A stretch of 64,000 nucleotides of DNA from a phage. The translations under genes were made by a program, and so were the position numbers. Shown here piece after piece: positions 28,272 through 37,857 of the stretch. The stretch lies in the NCBI GenBank assembly GCA_019326865.1, contig GCA_019326865.1_4101.1; one strand, 5' to 3'. Position 1 is the first letter of the stretch, and every line of letters starts with the position of its first letter. The notes under the pieces were generated by a model. It made no database searches. It was not told where the DNA came from and saw only the letters and a program-made list of their open reading frames with translations.

Positions 28272-28536
28272 AGTTCTTATTGCTGAAACAATGAAGATGA
28301 TTTACTTTATTACTACGGCACAGGATTTGTCTTATCCAGTGAAATCGTTACTTAGGTCAATGTATCTTGATATTGTAAAAGAATATTATAAATCTAAACA
28401 CAGAAGCATTATTAGTGTTTATCGTGATTATGAAAGGATTCGTATTTTATTCTGGAACAAGAATCGAGTACGTTCTGAATGTGATCTAGTAGATTTTAAA
28501 TTAGAGAATCTTTATTCTTACAAAGCGGGACAATAG
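28234..28536 (+). CDS. hypothetical small protein, FamB-like
   Basis: 100 aa; alt start ATG 28252. Confidence 0.45.
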   Translation: MYVRITMTNTTNEVLIAETMKMIYFITTAQDLSYPVKSLLRSMYLDIVKEYYKSKHRSIISVYRDYERIRILFWNKNRVRSECDLVDFKLENLYSYKAGQ

Positions 28537-28554
28537 TTTAAATCATGATATAAT
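28527..28554 (+). promoter_or_regulatory. promoter-like element (GGGACA-16-TGATATAAT)
   Basis: upstream of CDS 28595. Confidence 0.4.
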
Positions 28555-28594
28555 AATGGATAAGGAACAATAACTAACACAAGGAGTGTGTAAA

Positions 28595-29323
28595 GTGCTT
28601 GACCGTATCCGTTTCGCTACAGAGATGGCGAATGAATTAAACATGGCAAATTTCCAAATGTTAACATCAGTAATGGCTGAACATGCATGTGCTTATTCTG
28701 TAAGCGGGGTGCAGTGTGGTCAGGAAAATATGTTAGCAGATGTTTATAGTGAAGTTCAAAGTAAACAATATAGTGTAAAGACTTACAAGGACAAGTTTGT
28801 CAGTCTTTACATGAATGAAGATATTAAAGAAGATCGTAAATTCACTGATTTTATTATTGAACGTCGAGTATCGGGTGTATCTAATCCTAATGCATCAAGT
28901 GATGAAGTATTTGTGGAAGTACTTCAAGATATATATGAAAATGAATTGAAAAGTAAGAATCATTACAATGTACGTGAAACTAGCACAGTGCTCTTGGGAT
29001 ATGATGAAGACGAACAATATTATTATTTCCGTATGACTGAAGTTCCATTTGAATATAAATCACCAAACACCACATCAGTTAAAGAATTTACTGAAAAAAG
29101 TAAAAATTACATGAAACATGAAGGTAATCGCTGTAGTGTGAATGGTTATGATGAAAATGGTGTTCATGTTTACGAGTGGATTCATCCTAACTGTCAGACA
29201 TACACCCGTTGCTTGAAAAAACGTTATAATTTAGAAGAGCATGACTCATTCTATTTTAAGGTAAAGAAACAAGATTACCGTCGCCCTGATGATTCTGAAT
29301 TAATGGGGATGGTCTATTTCTAA
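28595..29323 (+). CDS. hypothetical protein
   Basis: GTG start 8 nt after AAGGAG; 243 aa; promoter-like element upstream. Confidence 0.6.
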   Translation: MLDRIRFATEMANELNMANFQMLTSVMAEHACAYSVSGVQCGQENMLADVYSEVQSKQYSVKTYKDKFVSLYMNEDIKEDRKFTDFIIERRVSGVSNPNASSDEVFVEVLQDIYENELKSKNHYNVRETSTVLLGYDEDEQYYYFRMTEVPFEYKSPNTTSVKEFTEKSKNYMKHEGNRCSVNGYDENGVHVYEWIHPNCQTYTRCLKKRYNLEEHDSFYFKVKKQDYRRPDDSELMGMVYF

Positions 29324-29333
29324 AGGAATCGTC

Positions 29334-29618
29334 ATGGATTTATACTCACATGCTTGGACATTCGAACAGTATATTTCATTATATAATGAAATTTACAATA
29401 CTGATATGTCATACTGCAATTATTTTCGCAATATGATCGATGAATATTCAAAGGAATTTAATAGTTTATACCTTTATGTTAATAAAGAAGTTACACATAA
29501 GACTATGAATAAAACAGGTACAATTGATGAAATTTCATTTGATTCCTATGGTGTGTATTTCTATATTACATTTTCTGATGATACTTTAGGTATACACACT
29601 TATAGTGAGTTAAAATAA
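29334..29618 (+). CDS. hypothetical small protein, FamB-like
   Basis: 94 aa; 'SYGVYFYITFSDD'; terminator downstream. Confidence 0.5.
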   Translation: MDLYSHAWTFEQYISLYNEIYNTDMSYCNYFRNMIDEYSKEFNSLYLYVNKEVTHKTMNKTGTIDEISFDSYGVYFYITFSDDTLGIHTYSELK

Positions 29619-29625
29619 AAATATA

Positions 29626-29650
29626 GGCCAGCGTTTGCTGGTCTTTTTTC
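29626..29650 (+). terminator. rho-independent terminator
   Basis: CCAGC-GTTT-GCTGG then TCTTTTTT. Confidence 0.65.
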
Positions 29651-29662
29651 GCAGGTACAAAG

Positions 29663-29965
29663 ATGATCAGTATAGATTTAATTGATAGTACTATAAAAAT
29701 GTTGGCTGATTTAGTGAGACAATCCAATGAAACTTTATACCAATCAATGTATAAAATGTTTGACCGATACATCAAGGATTGTAACATATCATTATATGGA
29801 CTTGCTGTTGATATAGACGATTACTATGGTATTAATACTTCATATGAAACAGGAATTTTAATTGGTATTAATATAAAGATGGGATATTATCCTTATTACT
29901 GTATAGGATTACCAGATAATACGTTGGTAGAATATCCAGCCAGTACTATTAAATTAAGAGGATAA
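29663..29965 (+). CDS. hypothetical protein
   Basis: 100 aa ORF. Confidence 0.5.
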   Translation: MISIDLIDSTIKMLADLVRQSNETLYQSMYKMFDRYIKDCNISLYGLAVDIDDYYGINTSYETGILIGINIKMGYYPYYCIGLPDNTLVEYPASTIKLRG

Positions 29966-29972
29966 AACTAAA

Positions 29973-30551
29973 ATGAATGTATTAGAATTAAGTACGAAGC
30001 TGATTAGTATGCGTAACGAGTGGTACGATTGGTTTTATAATGGTACTGATATGGATTTTTCAAAATATCCATTTATGGAATCAGGATGTGATTCAAGATA
30101 CCGCTGGTTGAGCAAAAGTGGTTCTGGTTTATTCATTCGTGTTGATGATAGTGGTCGAGGAATTATAAAAGATTTCATTCAAGTTGAAGAACTCGTCTAT
30201 GATAATTGGGGTGATAACGATCCATACCTTGGAAATATGATTTATGTAAGTGAAAATGATTGCATATTCGTTATCCAGCGTCATGGTGATTCTATGTTTT
30301 ATGTAGCGGACAACAATACACCTGACGGTGCAGCAGCCGATGGACTTATGCCTAAGATTGATATATTGGAATTTGGATTACCTGAGCATTTTCAGATTAG
30401 TACTTTATACGATATCCCACCACTTGAGTTCTTTGAAGAATTTAAATTATACTACAATGAACTTCAAAAATTGAGTACTGAACATCGAATTGAAATAACA
30501 GTCAAGTACATAGATGGGACAAAATTAACCGATACGGGGATAGAATTTTGA
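29973..30551 (+). CDS. hypothetical protein, FamA-like
   Basis: 192 aa; 'GLPEHFQISTLYDIPPLEFFEEF'. Confidence 0.55.
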   Translation: MNVLELSTKLISMRNEWYDWFYNGTDMDFSKYPFMESGCDSRYRWLSKSGSGLFIRVDDSGRGIIKDFIQVEELVYDNWGDNDPYLGNMIYVSENDCIFVIQRHGDSMFYVADNNTPDGAAADGLMPKIDILEFGLPEHFQISTLYDIPPLEFFEEFKLYYNELQKLSTEHRIEITVKYIDGTKLTDTGIEF

Positions 30552-31237
30552 TTAAAGATTTAGATAGAATTTTATATGTACTAAGGGGTGTAATTACATT
30601 ACATCCACACATCAATCGAATTGAAAGTACATTTCAGTTGGAGTCAAGAGAAACTCAATATTCACATATATCAAATGTAGTTGGCTCACTTAGTACTGAA
30701 GACTCGCCTTACGATATTTGTGTATGTGAAGTACAACCAAGTTCGGATCTTGGATTTGCTATTTTTGATAAAAATCAAAATCTCATTAGTATGTTTCAGT
30801 GCAATAATCCTTTTTGGAAAACATGCCTGTATCCAGAGTGGGCTATGCTTGATCCAACCAAGAGCACCATTAAAGTTTATGACTCTAAAAATGATGAAGT
30901 CGTTATTGATTTGGATGAGTCAATGTCCGAGGAAGAACACTTTCAGCTAATGATGATGCGTGCTATGCCTGAATACAATGCAATGATTAACACTGTGCAA
31001 TACATTAAGGATACCATGCCATCATTGCGTACACATGAGTTTTGTCATCCGGTATTGTATGAACATTTAGATTTAGATTTCAGTACTATTAAATTTAAAG
31101 ATAGTGTCATTGAGTATATCCAAGAGGTTACTAAATTCGATTTCATTAGTACAATGAATAATAACCCTGAAACAAATTTCAGACGACAATACAATGAATC
31201 TTTGTCTAATGGACGTGATACAAGTTGGTGGAAATAA
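30548..31237 (+). CDS. hypothetical protein, FamA-like
   Basis: 229 aa; 'SEEEHFQLMMMRAMPEY'; ATGA overlap. Confidence 0.55.
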   Translation: MIKDLDRILYVLRGVITLHPHINRIESTFQLESRETQYSHISNVVGSLSTEDSPYDICVCEVQPSSDLGFAIFDKNQNLISMFQCNNPFWKTCLYPEWAMLDPTKSTIKVYDSKNDEVVIDLDESMSEEEHFQLMMMRAMPEYNAMINTVQYIKDTMPSLRTHEFCHPVLYEHLDLDFSTIKFKDSVIEYIQEVTKFDFISTMNNNPETNFRRQYNESLSNGRDTSWWK

Positions 31238-31238
31238 T

Positions 31239-31502
31239 ATGAATATTCAAGATAGATTACAATTACTATACACTATTGAACAGGCTGCTTTTGAACTTGT
31301 TAATAAAATCTCCGAAGAACTTCCCAAAGGAACTATAGTTCGTGTACGTGAGAGGGATTATGAATCTGGAGAAATTGAAGAACTAGTACTGACCGTGAAT
31401 AAAGTAACATACTATGAATCTGAGTTGGCTATCCAATGTAGATCGGAAGATGGTAAAATATACTATTATGACACTGGTGTAGATATAGAGGTAATAAAAT
31501 GA
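31239..31502 (+). CDS. hypothetical small protein, FamC
   Basis: ATG 31239 (TAATATG junction); 'LPKGTIVRVRERD'. Confidence 0.5.
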   Translation: MNIQDRLQLLYTIEQAAFELVNKISEELPKGTIVRVRERDYESGEIEELVLTVNKVTYYESELAIQCRSEDGKIYYYDTGVDIEVIK

Positions 31503-32641
31503 CCCTTTTGCAAATATATGAAGATTTAATGCACTTGTGCAATACAAACGATGCGTTCTTTTATGTGGATCATAAAAGTCCTGCTGGTGGAACGTATCGT
31601 GTATTCAGTTATCGTCTAGCATCATATACTGATTTCATGCAACCCAATGCATTAGAAACCCGTGGATCTATGTGGGAAATTGATGAAGAAGGTAATATGA
31701 TTCGTTGTGCTGCTCGTACTATGAAAAAGTTCTTTAATGCTTACGAGAATCCTGCTACAATGTTCCCTGCTAACACCACATGCGATGACATTGCAGTAGT
31801 GATGCCTAAATTGGATGGTTCAGTGATCAGTACTTACCGTGACAATGATGGTGAGATTCGTTGTAAATCACATACTGCATTGTATTCTGACCATGCGATT
31901 AACAGTACTCGACTTATTAACGAGAACCAGAATCTATATCAGTACATCGATGAAGCTGAACGTTTAGGTTACACAGTTAATATGGAGTATACAAGCCCAG
32001 AGTACCGAATTGTATTACCGTATCAGGTAGAACAATTGTTTGTGCTGAACGTTCGTCATCGTGTAAGTGGTGAGTTGCTATGTGGTAAAGCATTACGTGA
32101 TAAGTTTCCATGTCTTTCACAGTACAGCACTAATATGACAGGAAAAGATATTCATCACACTTTTCCTGTGCGAAATTCATTCCGTGAAAGCGTTGATGAA
32201 GTTCATAAAATGCTTGACATTGAGGGTTTTGTTTGCATTTTAAAAGATGGGACAATGTGTAAAATAAAGACTGACTGGTACAGTTCATTACATCTTACAA
32301 AAGATAGTATTATTATTGATTCTCATTTATATGAAGCTGTATTAAATGGTTCAAGTGATGATTTAAAACAATTGTTCAGTTCTGACGAATATGCTATGCA
32401 AAAGATATTAAGAATGGAACAGTTGGTTTTTTCGTGCTATAATGCATTACAAGATGAAGTAGAAAGCTTCGTCAATGAACACAAGCACTTAGAGCGAAAG
32501 GAATTCGCATTGAAGGTTCAGACGTGCTTATCTAGTGAACTGAATCGTCAGGGCTTGGCATTTGCAATGTATAATAATAAGAAAGTTGATTACAAAGATA
32601 CACTTATCAAATACATGAAAATTATACTAAAAGATTTTTAG
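31499..32641 (+). CDS. rnlA: RNA ligase 1 (T4 RnlA-like)
   Basis: 380 aa; KxDG motif 'MPKLDGSVIS'; N-term 'FYVDHKSPAGGTYRVFSYRLASYTDF' parallels T4 Rnl1. Confidence 0.9.
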   Translation: MTLLQIYEDLMHLCNTNDAFFYVDHKSPAGGTYRVFSYRLASYTDFMQPNALETRGSMWEIDEEGNMIRCAARTMKKFFNAYENPATMFPANTTCDDIAVVMPKLDGSVISTYRDNDGEIRCKSHTALYSDHAINSTRLINENQNLYQYIDEAERLGYTVNMEYTSPEYRIVLPYQVEQLFVLNVRHRVSGELLCGKALRDKFPCLSQYSTNMTGKDIHHTFPVRNSFRESVDEVHKMLDIEGFVCILKDGTMCKIKTDWYSSLHLTKDSIIIDSHLYEAVLNGSSDDLKQLFSSDEYAMQKILRMEQLVFSCYNALQDEVESFVNEHKHLERKEFALKVQTCLSSELNRQGLAFAMYNNKKVDYKDTLIKYMKIILKDF

Positions 32642-32671
32642 TACTAACTAGCCTAAGCACAAGGAGAAGTG

Positions 32672-32926
32672 ATGGCTAAACCTAAGTATAAAAATGACGG
32701 TTCCCTTTCTCCAACTGAGTTCAGGAAAATACAACAAGAAATCGATGAATTACAGCACAAACGCTCAATGAAAGGTGTGAAGATAAGTAAGAAGAGAATC
32801 GAGAATACTTTCGGATGTAGTAGTACTGAATATAAGAAGAAAAGGAAACCGAAGGGTGTTAAGCCGAGAATACATGATGTAACTCGCTATACATCAAAAC
32901 GTGAAAATAAATTTGATCCACTATAA
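32672..32926 (+). CDS. small basic protein
   Basis: ATG 32672 after AAGGAG; Lys/Arg-rich 84 aa. Confidence 0.5.
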   Translation: MAKPKYKNDGSLSPTEFRKIQQEIDELQHKRSMKGVKISKKRIENTFGCSSTEYKKKRKPKGVKPRIHDVTRYTSKRENKFDPL

Positions 32927-32935
32927 GGAGTTCAT

Positions 32936-33166
32936 ATGAAAGTTGAAGTTCAGCATAGTATTGTTCAAGATATGTCTGTAGTTAAATTTCTTTCATTAAA
33001 AGATTACTTTAGATGTATCAAGTTCCTAGAAGAATCTCATTTAAAATGGACTCCATTAAAGTACAGTTCATCCAAAGACACTGCTAGTATTCGTTGTGAT
33101 GAAGCTGTACTCGTAAAAATCTCTAAAAGATTTGGGATAGGTAAAGTGAATGAGCACAGTAAATGA
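32936..33166 (+). CDS. hypothetical small protein
   Basis: 76 aa; AGGAG RBS. Confidence 0.45.
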   Translation: MKVEVQHSIVQDMSVVKFLSLKDYFRCIKFLEESHLKWTPLKYSSSKDTASIRCDEAVLVKISKRFGIGKVNEHSK

Positions 33167-33404
33167 ACTAAAATACTACAACAAAATTGCGGATACGTTT
33201 ATTACTCATTTATATGAAGAATTCAGTAGTATCCGCAAGGAATATACAGGTAAATGTATTTTATATAGTTCTTATCTTAGTGGAAGAATTGAACGTGCTT
33301 ACATTACTAAAGTGAAGTTTTCTGATGATTATCAATTACTATTTGAATTGGATGATTGTTTAGTCATTGAAGCTGATTTAATAGTAGATGTGCTGAACAA
33401 TTGA
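33150..33404 (+). CDS. hypothetical small protein, FamC
   Basis: 84 aa; 'KEYTGKCILYSS'. Confidence 0.45.
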   Translation: MSTVNELKYYNKIADTFITHLYEEFSSIRKEYTGKCILYSSYLSGRIERAYITKVKFSDDYQLLFELDDCLVIEADLIVDVLNN

Positions 33405-33410
33405 GGACAT

Positions 33411-33725
33411 ATGAATAAAGAACTTGCATATAAGGGTATCGAAAAGCTAAAGTTCGTTGAAAAGGAACTAATAGAATCAGTTGAAACAATGGTTGAAGAT
33501 TACGTTTTTGATTTTAAGAAAACATTAATTGGATGTAAAGTCAAATGCTGGGATCATACCATTAGAGAATGGTTCAGTGCTATAATTCTTGATGTTAAAG
33601 TATCTCGAACTGGTATTGGTAACTTAGTAAATGGTGAATGCTTTGTATACACTGAATACAATAACGGTACAAGACACCTTTCAAAAGGATGGCACAATCT
33701 CGAAGATGTAGAATTCATTGAGTAA
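33411..33725 (+). CDS. hypothetical small protein, FamC
   Basis: 104 aa; 'KKTLIGCKVKCWDH'. Confidence 0.5.
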   Translation: MNKELAYKGIEKLKFVEKELIESVETMVEDYVFDFKKTLIGCKVKCWDHTIREWFSAIILDVKVSRTGIGNLVNGECFVYTEYNNGTRHLSKGWHNLEDVEFIE

Positions 33726-33737
33726 CAAGGAGTAATA

Positions 33738-34670
33738 ATGCCAACTATCACCTTAACAATTGGGTTGCCTGGGTGTGGTAAAACTACATGGGCAGTGCAA
33801 GAGATTAAAAACGCCAAATCTAAGACTATCAACATCAACCGTGATGATATTCGTGAATCTATGGCGGGGTCACATGATGCTTACAAATTCAACGATGCTA
33901 ATGAGCAGTACGTAACTACTTTACAGTTCAGTGCAGCAAATTTAGCAGCAGAGAATGGTTGGAACATCATCATATCCGATACGAACCTTAAACAACATTT
34001 CCGTGATCTCTGGAAAGTATGGGCTAAAGATAATGATTATGATTACAAAGAAAAGAACTTCTATGATGATTTTGTACCTAATGAAGACCGTGGTGCAGAT
34101 GTTCATGAATTCTTTAAGATTAAAGAGTTCGTAAAACTTTGTAAGAAATATAACCGCCAGCGTGAGCGTTCAGTACAAGATAATATCATTGACACTATGG
34201 CAGATACTTACTATTATAGTAAAGCAATGCACATTGGTTACTATGGTAATTCAAGAGAAGCCGCTGTTATCGTTGATATTGACGGAACTCTTGCTCATAA
34301 ATGGGGTCGTAATCCTTACGATGAAAGTACTGTACTACAAGATACACCAGATGAAGAAGTTATTTTGTCTATTATCGCTGAAGCAGTTTTCCATAAACGT
34401 AAGATTATTGTAATGAGTGGGCGTACTGAAGGGTGTCGTGCAGACACAGAACAGTGGCTTAAGAATTGGGGTGTTCCTTACGATGCATTGTTTATGCGAG
34501 GCATCGATGATAAACGACCCGATGATGTGGTAAAATATGAGTTGTATATGAATAACGTCGTGCATCATTACGATGTTAAAAAAGTATACGATGACAGATC
34601 ACAAGTCGTATTCATGTGGCGTAAACTACTTGGATTAAAAGTGATGCAAGTTGCAGAAGGAAATTTCTGA
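33738..34670 (+). CDS. pseT: polynucleotide 5'-kinase/3'-phosphatase (T4 Pnk/PseT-like)
   Basis: 310 aa; Walker A 'GLPGCGKTT'; HAD motif 'VIVDIDGTLA'; terminator downstream. Confidence 0.9.
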   Translation: MPTITLTIGLPGCGKTTWAVQEIKNAKSKTININRDDIRESMAGSHDAYKFNDANEQYVTTLQFSAANLAAENGWNIIISDTNLKQHFRDLWKVWAKDNDYDYKEKNFYDDFVPNEDRGADVHEFFKIKEFVKLCKKYNRQRERSVQDNIIDTMADTYYYSKAMHIGYYGNSREAAVIVDIDGTLAHKWGRNPYDESTVLQDTPDEEVILSIIAEAVFHKRKIIVMSGRTEGCRADTEQWLKNWGVPYDALFMRGIDDKRPDDVVKYELYMNNVVHHYDVKKVYDDRSQVVFMWRKLLGLKVMQVAEGNF

Positions 34671-34677
34671 CACAAAA

Positions 34678-34705
34678 GGGATCAATGTATGATCCCTTTT
34701 TCTTT
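34678..34705 (+). terminator. rho-independent terminator
   Basis: GGGATC-AATGTAT-GATCCC then TTTTTCTTTT; follows pseT. Confidence 0.7.
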
Positions 34706-34719
34706 TAAGGTATATTATA

Positions 34720-34895
34720 ATGAATGTAAAAACACAGATGTTATTACAAAAAGAATACTTAGAAAATATAGAAATGTTCTATAGATTGTCTTTATACGAA
34801 AATAAACATAAAAAATATAACTTTTCTAAACAACTAACCACAAGTACTAATGATTATCTATTTTCATCAATGTTTTATGTGAGAGGTTTATTATA
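34720..34895 (+). CDS. possible small protein (58 aa)
   Basis: ORF below track cutoff; TAATG junction with next gene; weak RBS. Confidence 0.25.
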
Positions 34896-35153
34896 ATGGA
34901 TAAATTTCACACAGATATAACACAGATAGGTAATCTTATCAATAGTCTAATTACTGATTTAGAAGAAAAGTACTTAGGTCGAAATGTATACGTTGAAATG
35001 TATGAAACATATGGTGTTATTGATATGATTTATTACAGTGCATTGAAGTGTGAAATACGTTTAACAGTATGTTTGTTTGAAAAAGATACATTCAACAGAA
35101 GTACTGCAATTCGTCAGGTTGGTGTAGATGACATTGAATTATATGAGGAATAA
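34896..35153 (+). CDS. hypothetical small protein, FamC
   Basis: 85 aa; 'EEKYLGRNVYVEMYE'. Confidence 0.5.
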   Translation: MDKFHTDITQIGNLINSLITDLEEKYLGRNVYVEMYETYGVIDMIYYSALKCEIRLTVCLFEKDTFNRSTAIRQVGVDDIELYEE

Positions 35154-35407
35154 TGATGTTTGAACAGGACGTAGAGCTATTCAAAAGACATATTGAATAT
35201 TTGACTGTTTTAGAGAATGATTTAACCACAAAATACAAAGGAATTAGAGTCCAGTGTTGGTATGATGACTGGGATTATAAAAGGGAACTTACTATTGACC
35301 GAATTTATTTCAGTGATGGTGTACTGAATGTACATGGTGTAAATGATTTTGGTCATTCATATACATATTCTAATAATGCTAAATTTAAAAGGATCTGCAA
35401 TGAATGA
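35153..35407 (+). CDS. hypothetical small protein, FamC
   Basis: 84 aa; 'TTKYKGIRVQCWYD'. Confidence 0.5.
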   Translation: MMFEQDVELFKRHIEYLTVLENDLTTKYKGIRVQCWYDDWDYKRELTIDRIYFSDGVLNVHGVNDFGHSYTYSNNAKFKRICNE

Positions 35408-35702
35408 ATATTATCATAATTTATTCGATTACATAAAACTAATAGATGATCTTTCTTTTGAATTTCTCAGTACTGAAAAAGTTGATGAACCTCTCTATTA
35501 TGATTGTATTAGTTCACTGTGTTTAGATGAAAAAGAGATATTAGCAAATAACTTACCATCCACGGTCTGTGTAATCAATGGTTCCAAGGCTGTGGTGTCT
35601 GAGGTTAATTTTCATAAATCACTTAATACAATTGTTTACAAGTTCGATAACACTTGGTTTAATCACGTAACTAGTAATATTAAATCTGTGAGATTTTTAT
35701 GA
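35400..35702 (+). CDS. hypothetical protein
   Basis: ATG 35400 after AAGGA; 100 aa. Confidence 0.45.
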   Translation: MNEYYHNLFDYIKLIDDLSFEFLSTEKVDEPLYYDCISSLCLDEKEILANNLPSTVCVINGSKAVVSEVNFHKSLNTIVYKFDNTWFNHVTSNIKSVRFL

Positions 35703-35995
35703 ATATAAAAAAATTATTTGAACAAGTAAATTTATTGTACTGGTGTTCAGACGGCTCAGATAAGGAATATAGTGAAGTTTATTTAGAACTATTTAGAACT
35801 GAAATACATCTAATTCGAAGATACCTAATTGATAACAAAACTGAAGTAAAAGTTAGATACCATAATGGTACTTTAAAGAATGGTATAATTATTGGATTGA
35901 TAGTTACACGAATGTCCAGTAATATTAAAGTTGCAGTAAGATTAATGACTGATGATGGTGTCTACACAATAGAAGCTAATGAGATTATATATTAA
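35699..35995 (+). CDS. hypothetical small protein, FamC
   Basis: 98 aa; 'RRYLIDNKTEVKVRYHNGT'; ATGA overlap. Confidence 0.5.
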   Translation: MNIKKLFEQVNLLYWCSDGSDKEYSEVYLELFRTEIHLIRRYLIDNKTEVKVRYHNGTLKNGIIIGLIVTRMSSNIKVAVRLMTDDGVYTIEANEIIY

Positions 35996-36301
35996 ATGGA
36001 TATACAAACATTCAATAAACTAAAGTACTATGATAATGGTTTTGTATTAATAATTAACGAACTTGATAGTATACCATACGAATATCATAATCAAGTAATG
36101 AATATAGTAAAAAATATATGTGAAGAACTAAAAAGTATATTTAAAAATGAATATGTTTATGATTTAGGTAATAATAGAACAAAACTATACATAAAGAAAT
36201 TCTGGGGAACACATTGTGGTTTGATGGTCGATTTGGGTTTAAGTTTAGACAATAATTTCGAATCATGTTCATTATATTTGGACGAAATGAGAATCTCATG
36301 A
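35996..36301 (+). CDS. hypothetical protein
   Basis: 101 aa ORF. Confidence 0.5.
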   Translation: MDIQTFNKLKYYDNGFVLIINELDSIPYEYHNQVMNIVKNICEELKSIFKNEYVYDLGNNRTKLYIKKFWGTHCGLMVDLGLSLDNNFESCSLYLDEMRIS

Positions 36302-36318
36302 GACATAAGGACATTCGG

Positions 36319-36327
36319 TGATATAAT
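36319..36327 (+). promoter_or_regulatory. extended -10 element TGATATAAT
   Basis: 32 nt upstream of CDS 36359; no clear -35. Confidence 0.35.
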
Positions 36328-36358
36328 TTGATTATATCATTAATAAGGAGAGGTTGAA

Positions 36359-36685
36359 GTGAATGGGTCGTTTTTAGAAATACTAGAAAAGACAACTGGG
36401 ATGCTTTCAAGTTCACTAATGCACATTTTCAGTACTAGTAATTTTTACGATTCGCGTGTGTTAGATGTAATTTGTAATAGCTATGTTGAATGTGTGTCTA
36501 ATACAATATGTCCATTTAACGCTTATTCAAATGATGGTGTTGAAAAGTTTATTATATCCAAGATTCAATGTGGTTTTGGTGATTGGATAGTTCTATGTGA
36601 ACGTAGTGGTGTGTCTTTATACATCGAAGAAATTGGAAAATTTATATACAAAGGAGTAGAATATGTTAGTCCCAATTATTATTAG
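36359..36685 (+). CDS. hypothetical protein
   Basis: GTG start after AAGGAGAGG; 108 aa. Confidence 0.5.
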   Translation: MNGSFLEILEKTTGMLSSSLMHIFSTSNFYDSRVLDVICNSYVECVSNTICPFNAYSNDGVEKFIISKIQCGFGDWIVLCERSGVSLYIEEIGKFIYKGVEYVSPNYY

Positions 36686-37310
36686 TAGTGCATATGTCAT
36701 CGGTATTATTATTTCTGGTATGCTTGCATATAACTATAACAGAAGTATTCTAGGTTATGCAGTACTTGGTGCAGTTCTAAGTCCAGTAATTGCAATTGGT
36801 GTTCTTATCATCTTAGGTGAGAAAAACACAAAATATTTTATTACTGAAGAACTTGATAAAATCACTCCAGCACCGGAGACGGTTATTCCAGAAGTTGAAG
36901 AAGAAGTAAAAGAAGTTGAAGTTCAAATGCAAGTTAAAGTACATAATACACTCGAAGAAACTGATCCTAAAGTTGTGGTGAATGTAGTTCCTGTCGTTGA
37001 AGATGTAAAACCAAAAGCCCAAAGATCCAAAAAAACCACTAAAACACAGAAAAATACTAAAACTGCAAAAAAATCACGTAACACTAAAGGTAAGAATAAA
37101 GGGAAATCGACGGATGAACAACAACTAGGTGTTCATAACCATACTGCACAAATTACATCGGCAGCGGCAGCGGGGGCAATCGTAACATCACCAATCTACA
37201 ACAATGATGATTACAGTGATTATAGTCGTCACAGTAGTTCCCCTTCTGATTCTTGTTCTTATGATAGTTCTAGCTCTGATTCAAGTTCATCTTCTGGAAG
37301 TTGTGATTAA
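36663..37310 (+). CDS. membrane protein with low-complexity Lys/Glu and Ser/Asp-rich tail
   Basis: two N-terminal hydrophobic helices; KKTTKTQKNTKTAKK stretch; C-term 'SSSDSSSSSGSCD'. Confidence 0.6.
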   Translation: MLVPIIISSAYVIGIIISGMLAYNYNRSILGYAVLGAVLSPVIAIGVLIILGEKNTKYFITEELDKITPAPETVIPEVEEEVKEVEVQMQVKVHNTLEETDPKVVVNVVPVVEDVKPKAQRSKKTTKTQKNTKTAKKSRNTKGKNKGKSTDEQQLGVHNHTAQITSAAAAGAIVTSPIYNNDDYSDYSRHSSSPSDSCSYDSSSSDSSSSSGSCD

Positions 37311-37639
37311 TGTCAATGAAACCACTAATTCAACATAATATTTTTTATAGTTCATTATTCAAAATACAAGATGATTTTTATCAGACGTTGAGTAATGATC
37401 TTATAGGTAAAACTGTACGATATTCGGACCAATACATCAAACGTATGACAAGTCAGTATATTGACCCTGAATACGAATACGACATTGAACACATTAATCC
37501 CAATACTAGAATGAAAATCATTGAGATATTTAAGAATGGGAGAACTATAGGTGCTGAAATTGAGTACTTGAATTGTGATTGTTATATAGATACAGAGTTG
37601 AGTTTGGATTATCTTGTTTTAGTGGATGATGAGGAATAA
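37310..37639 (+). CDS. hypothetical small protein, FamC
   Basis: 109 aa; 'NDLIGKTVRYSD'. Confidence 0.5.
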   Translation: MSMKPLIQHNIFYSSLFKIQDDFYQTLSNDLIGKTVRYSDQYIKRMTSQYIDPEYEYDIEHINPNTRMKIIEIFKNGRTIGAEIEYLNCDCYIDTELSLDYLVLVDDEE

Positions 37640-37641
37640 TT

Positions 37642-37857
37642 ATGATAACATTTTTCGCAATATATGGATTTGTGGTATTTGTCACATTTATAACCAACTT
37701 TTTAGTACTTAATTGGGGTTGTTTTAAAGATGAAATCATGATTGCCATGAATCTCCAAACAGCCGCACTAATGGCTATTATTTGGCCTGTAACGTTAGTA
37801 TACCTTTTTATTTCACTTACTCAAGATATTATTAACAAATATAAGAGAAAGAACTAA
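37642..37857 (+). CDS. small membrane protein
   Basis: 71 aa, two hydrophobic helices. Confidence 0.45.
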   Translation: MITFFAIYGFVVFVTFITNFLVLNWGCFKDEIMIAMNLQTAALMAIIWPVTLVYLFISLTQDIINKYKRKN

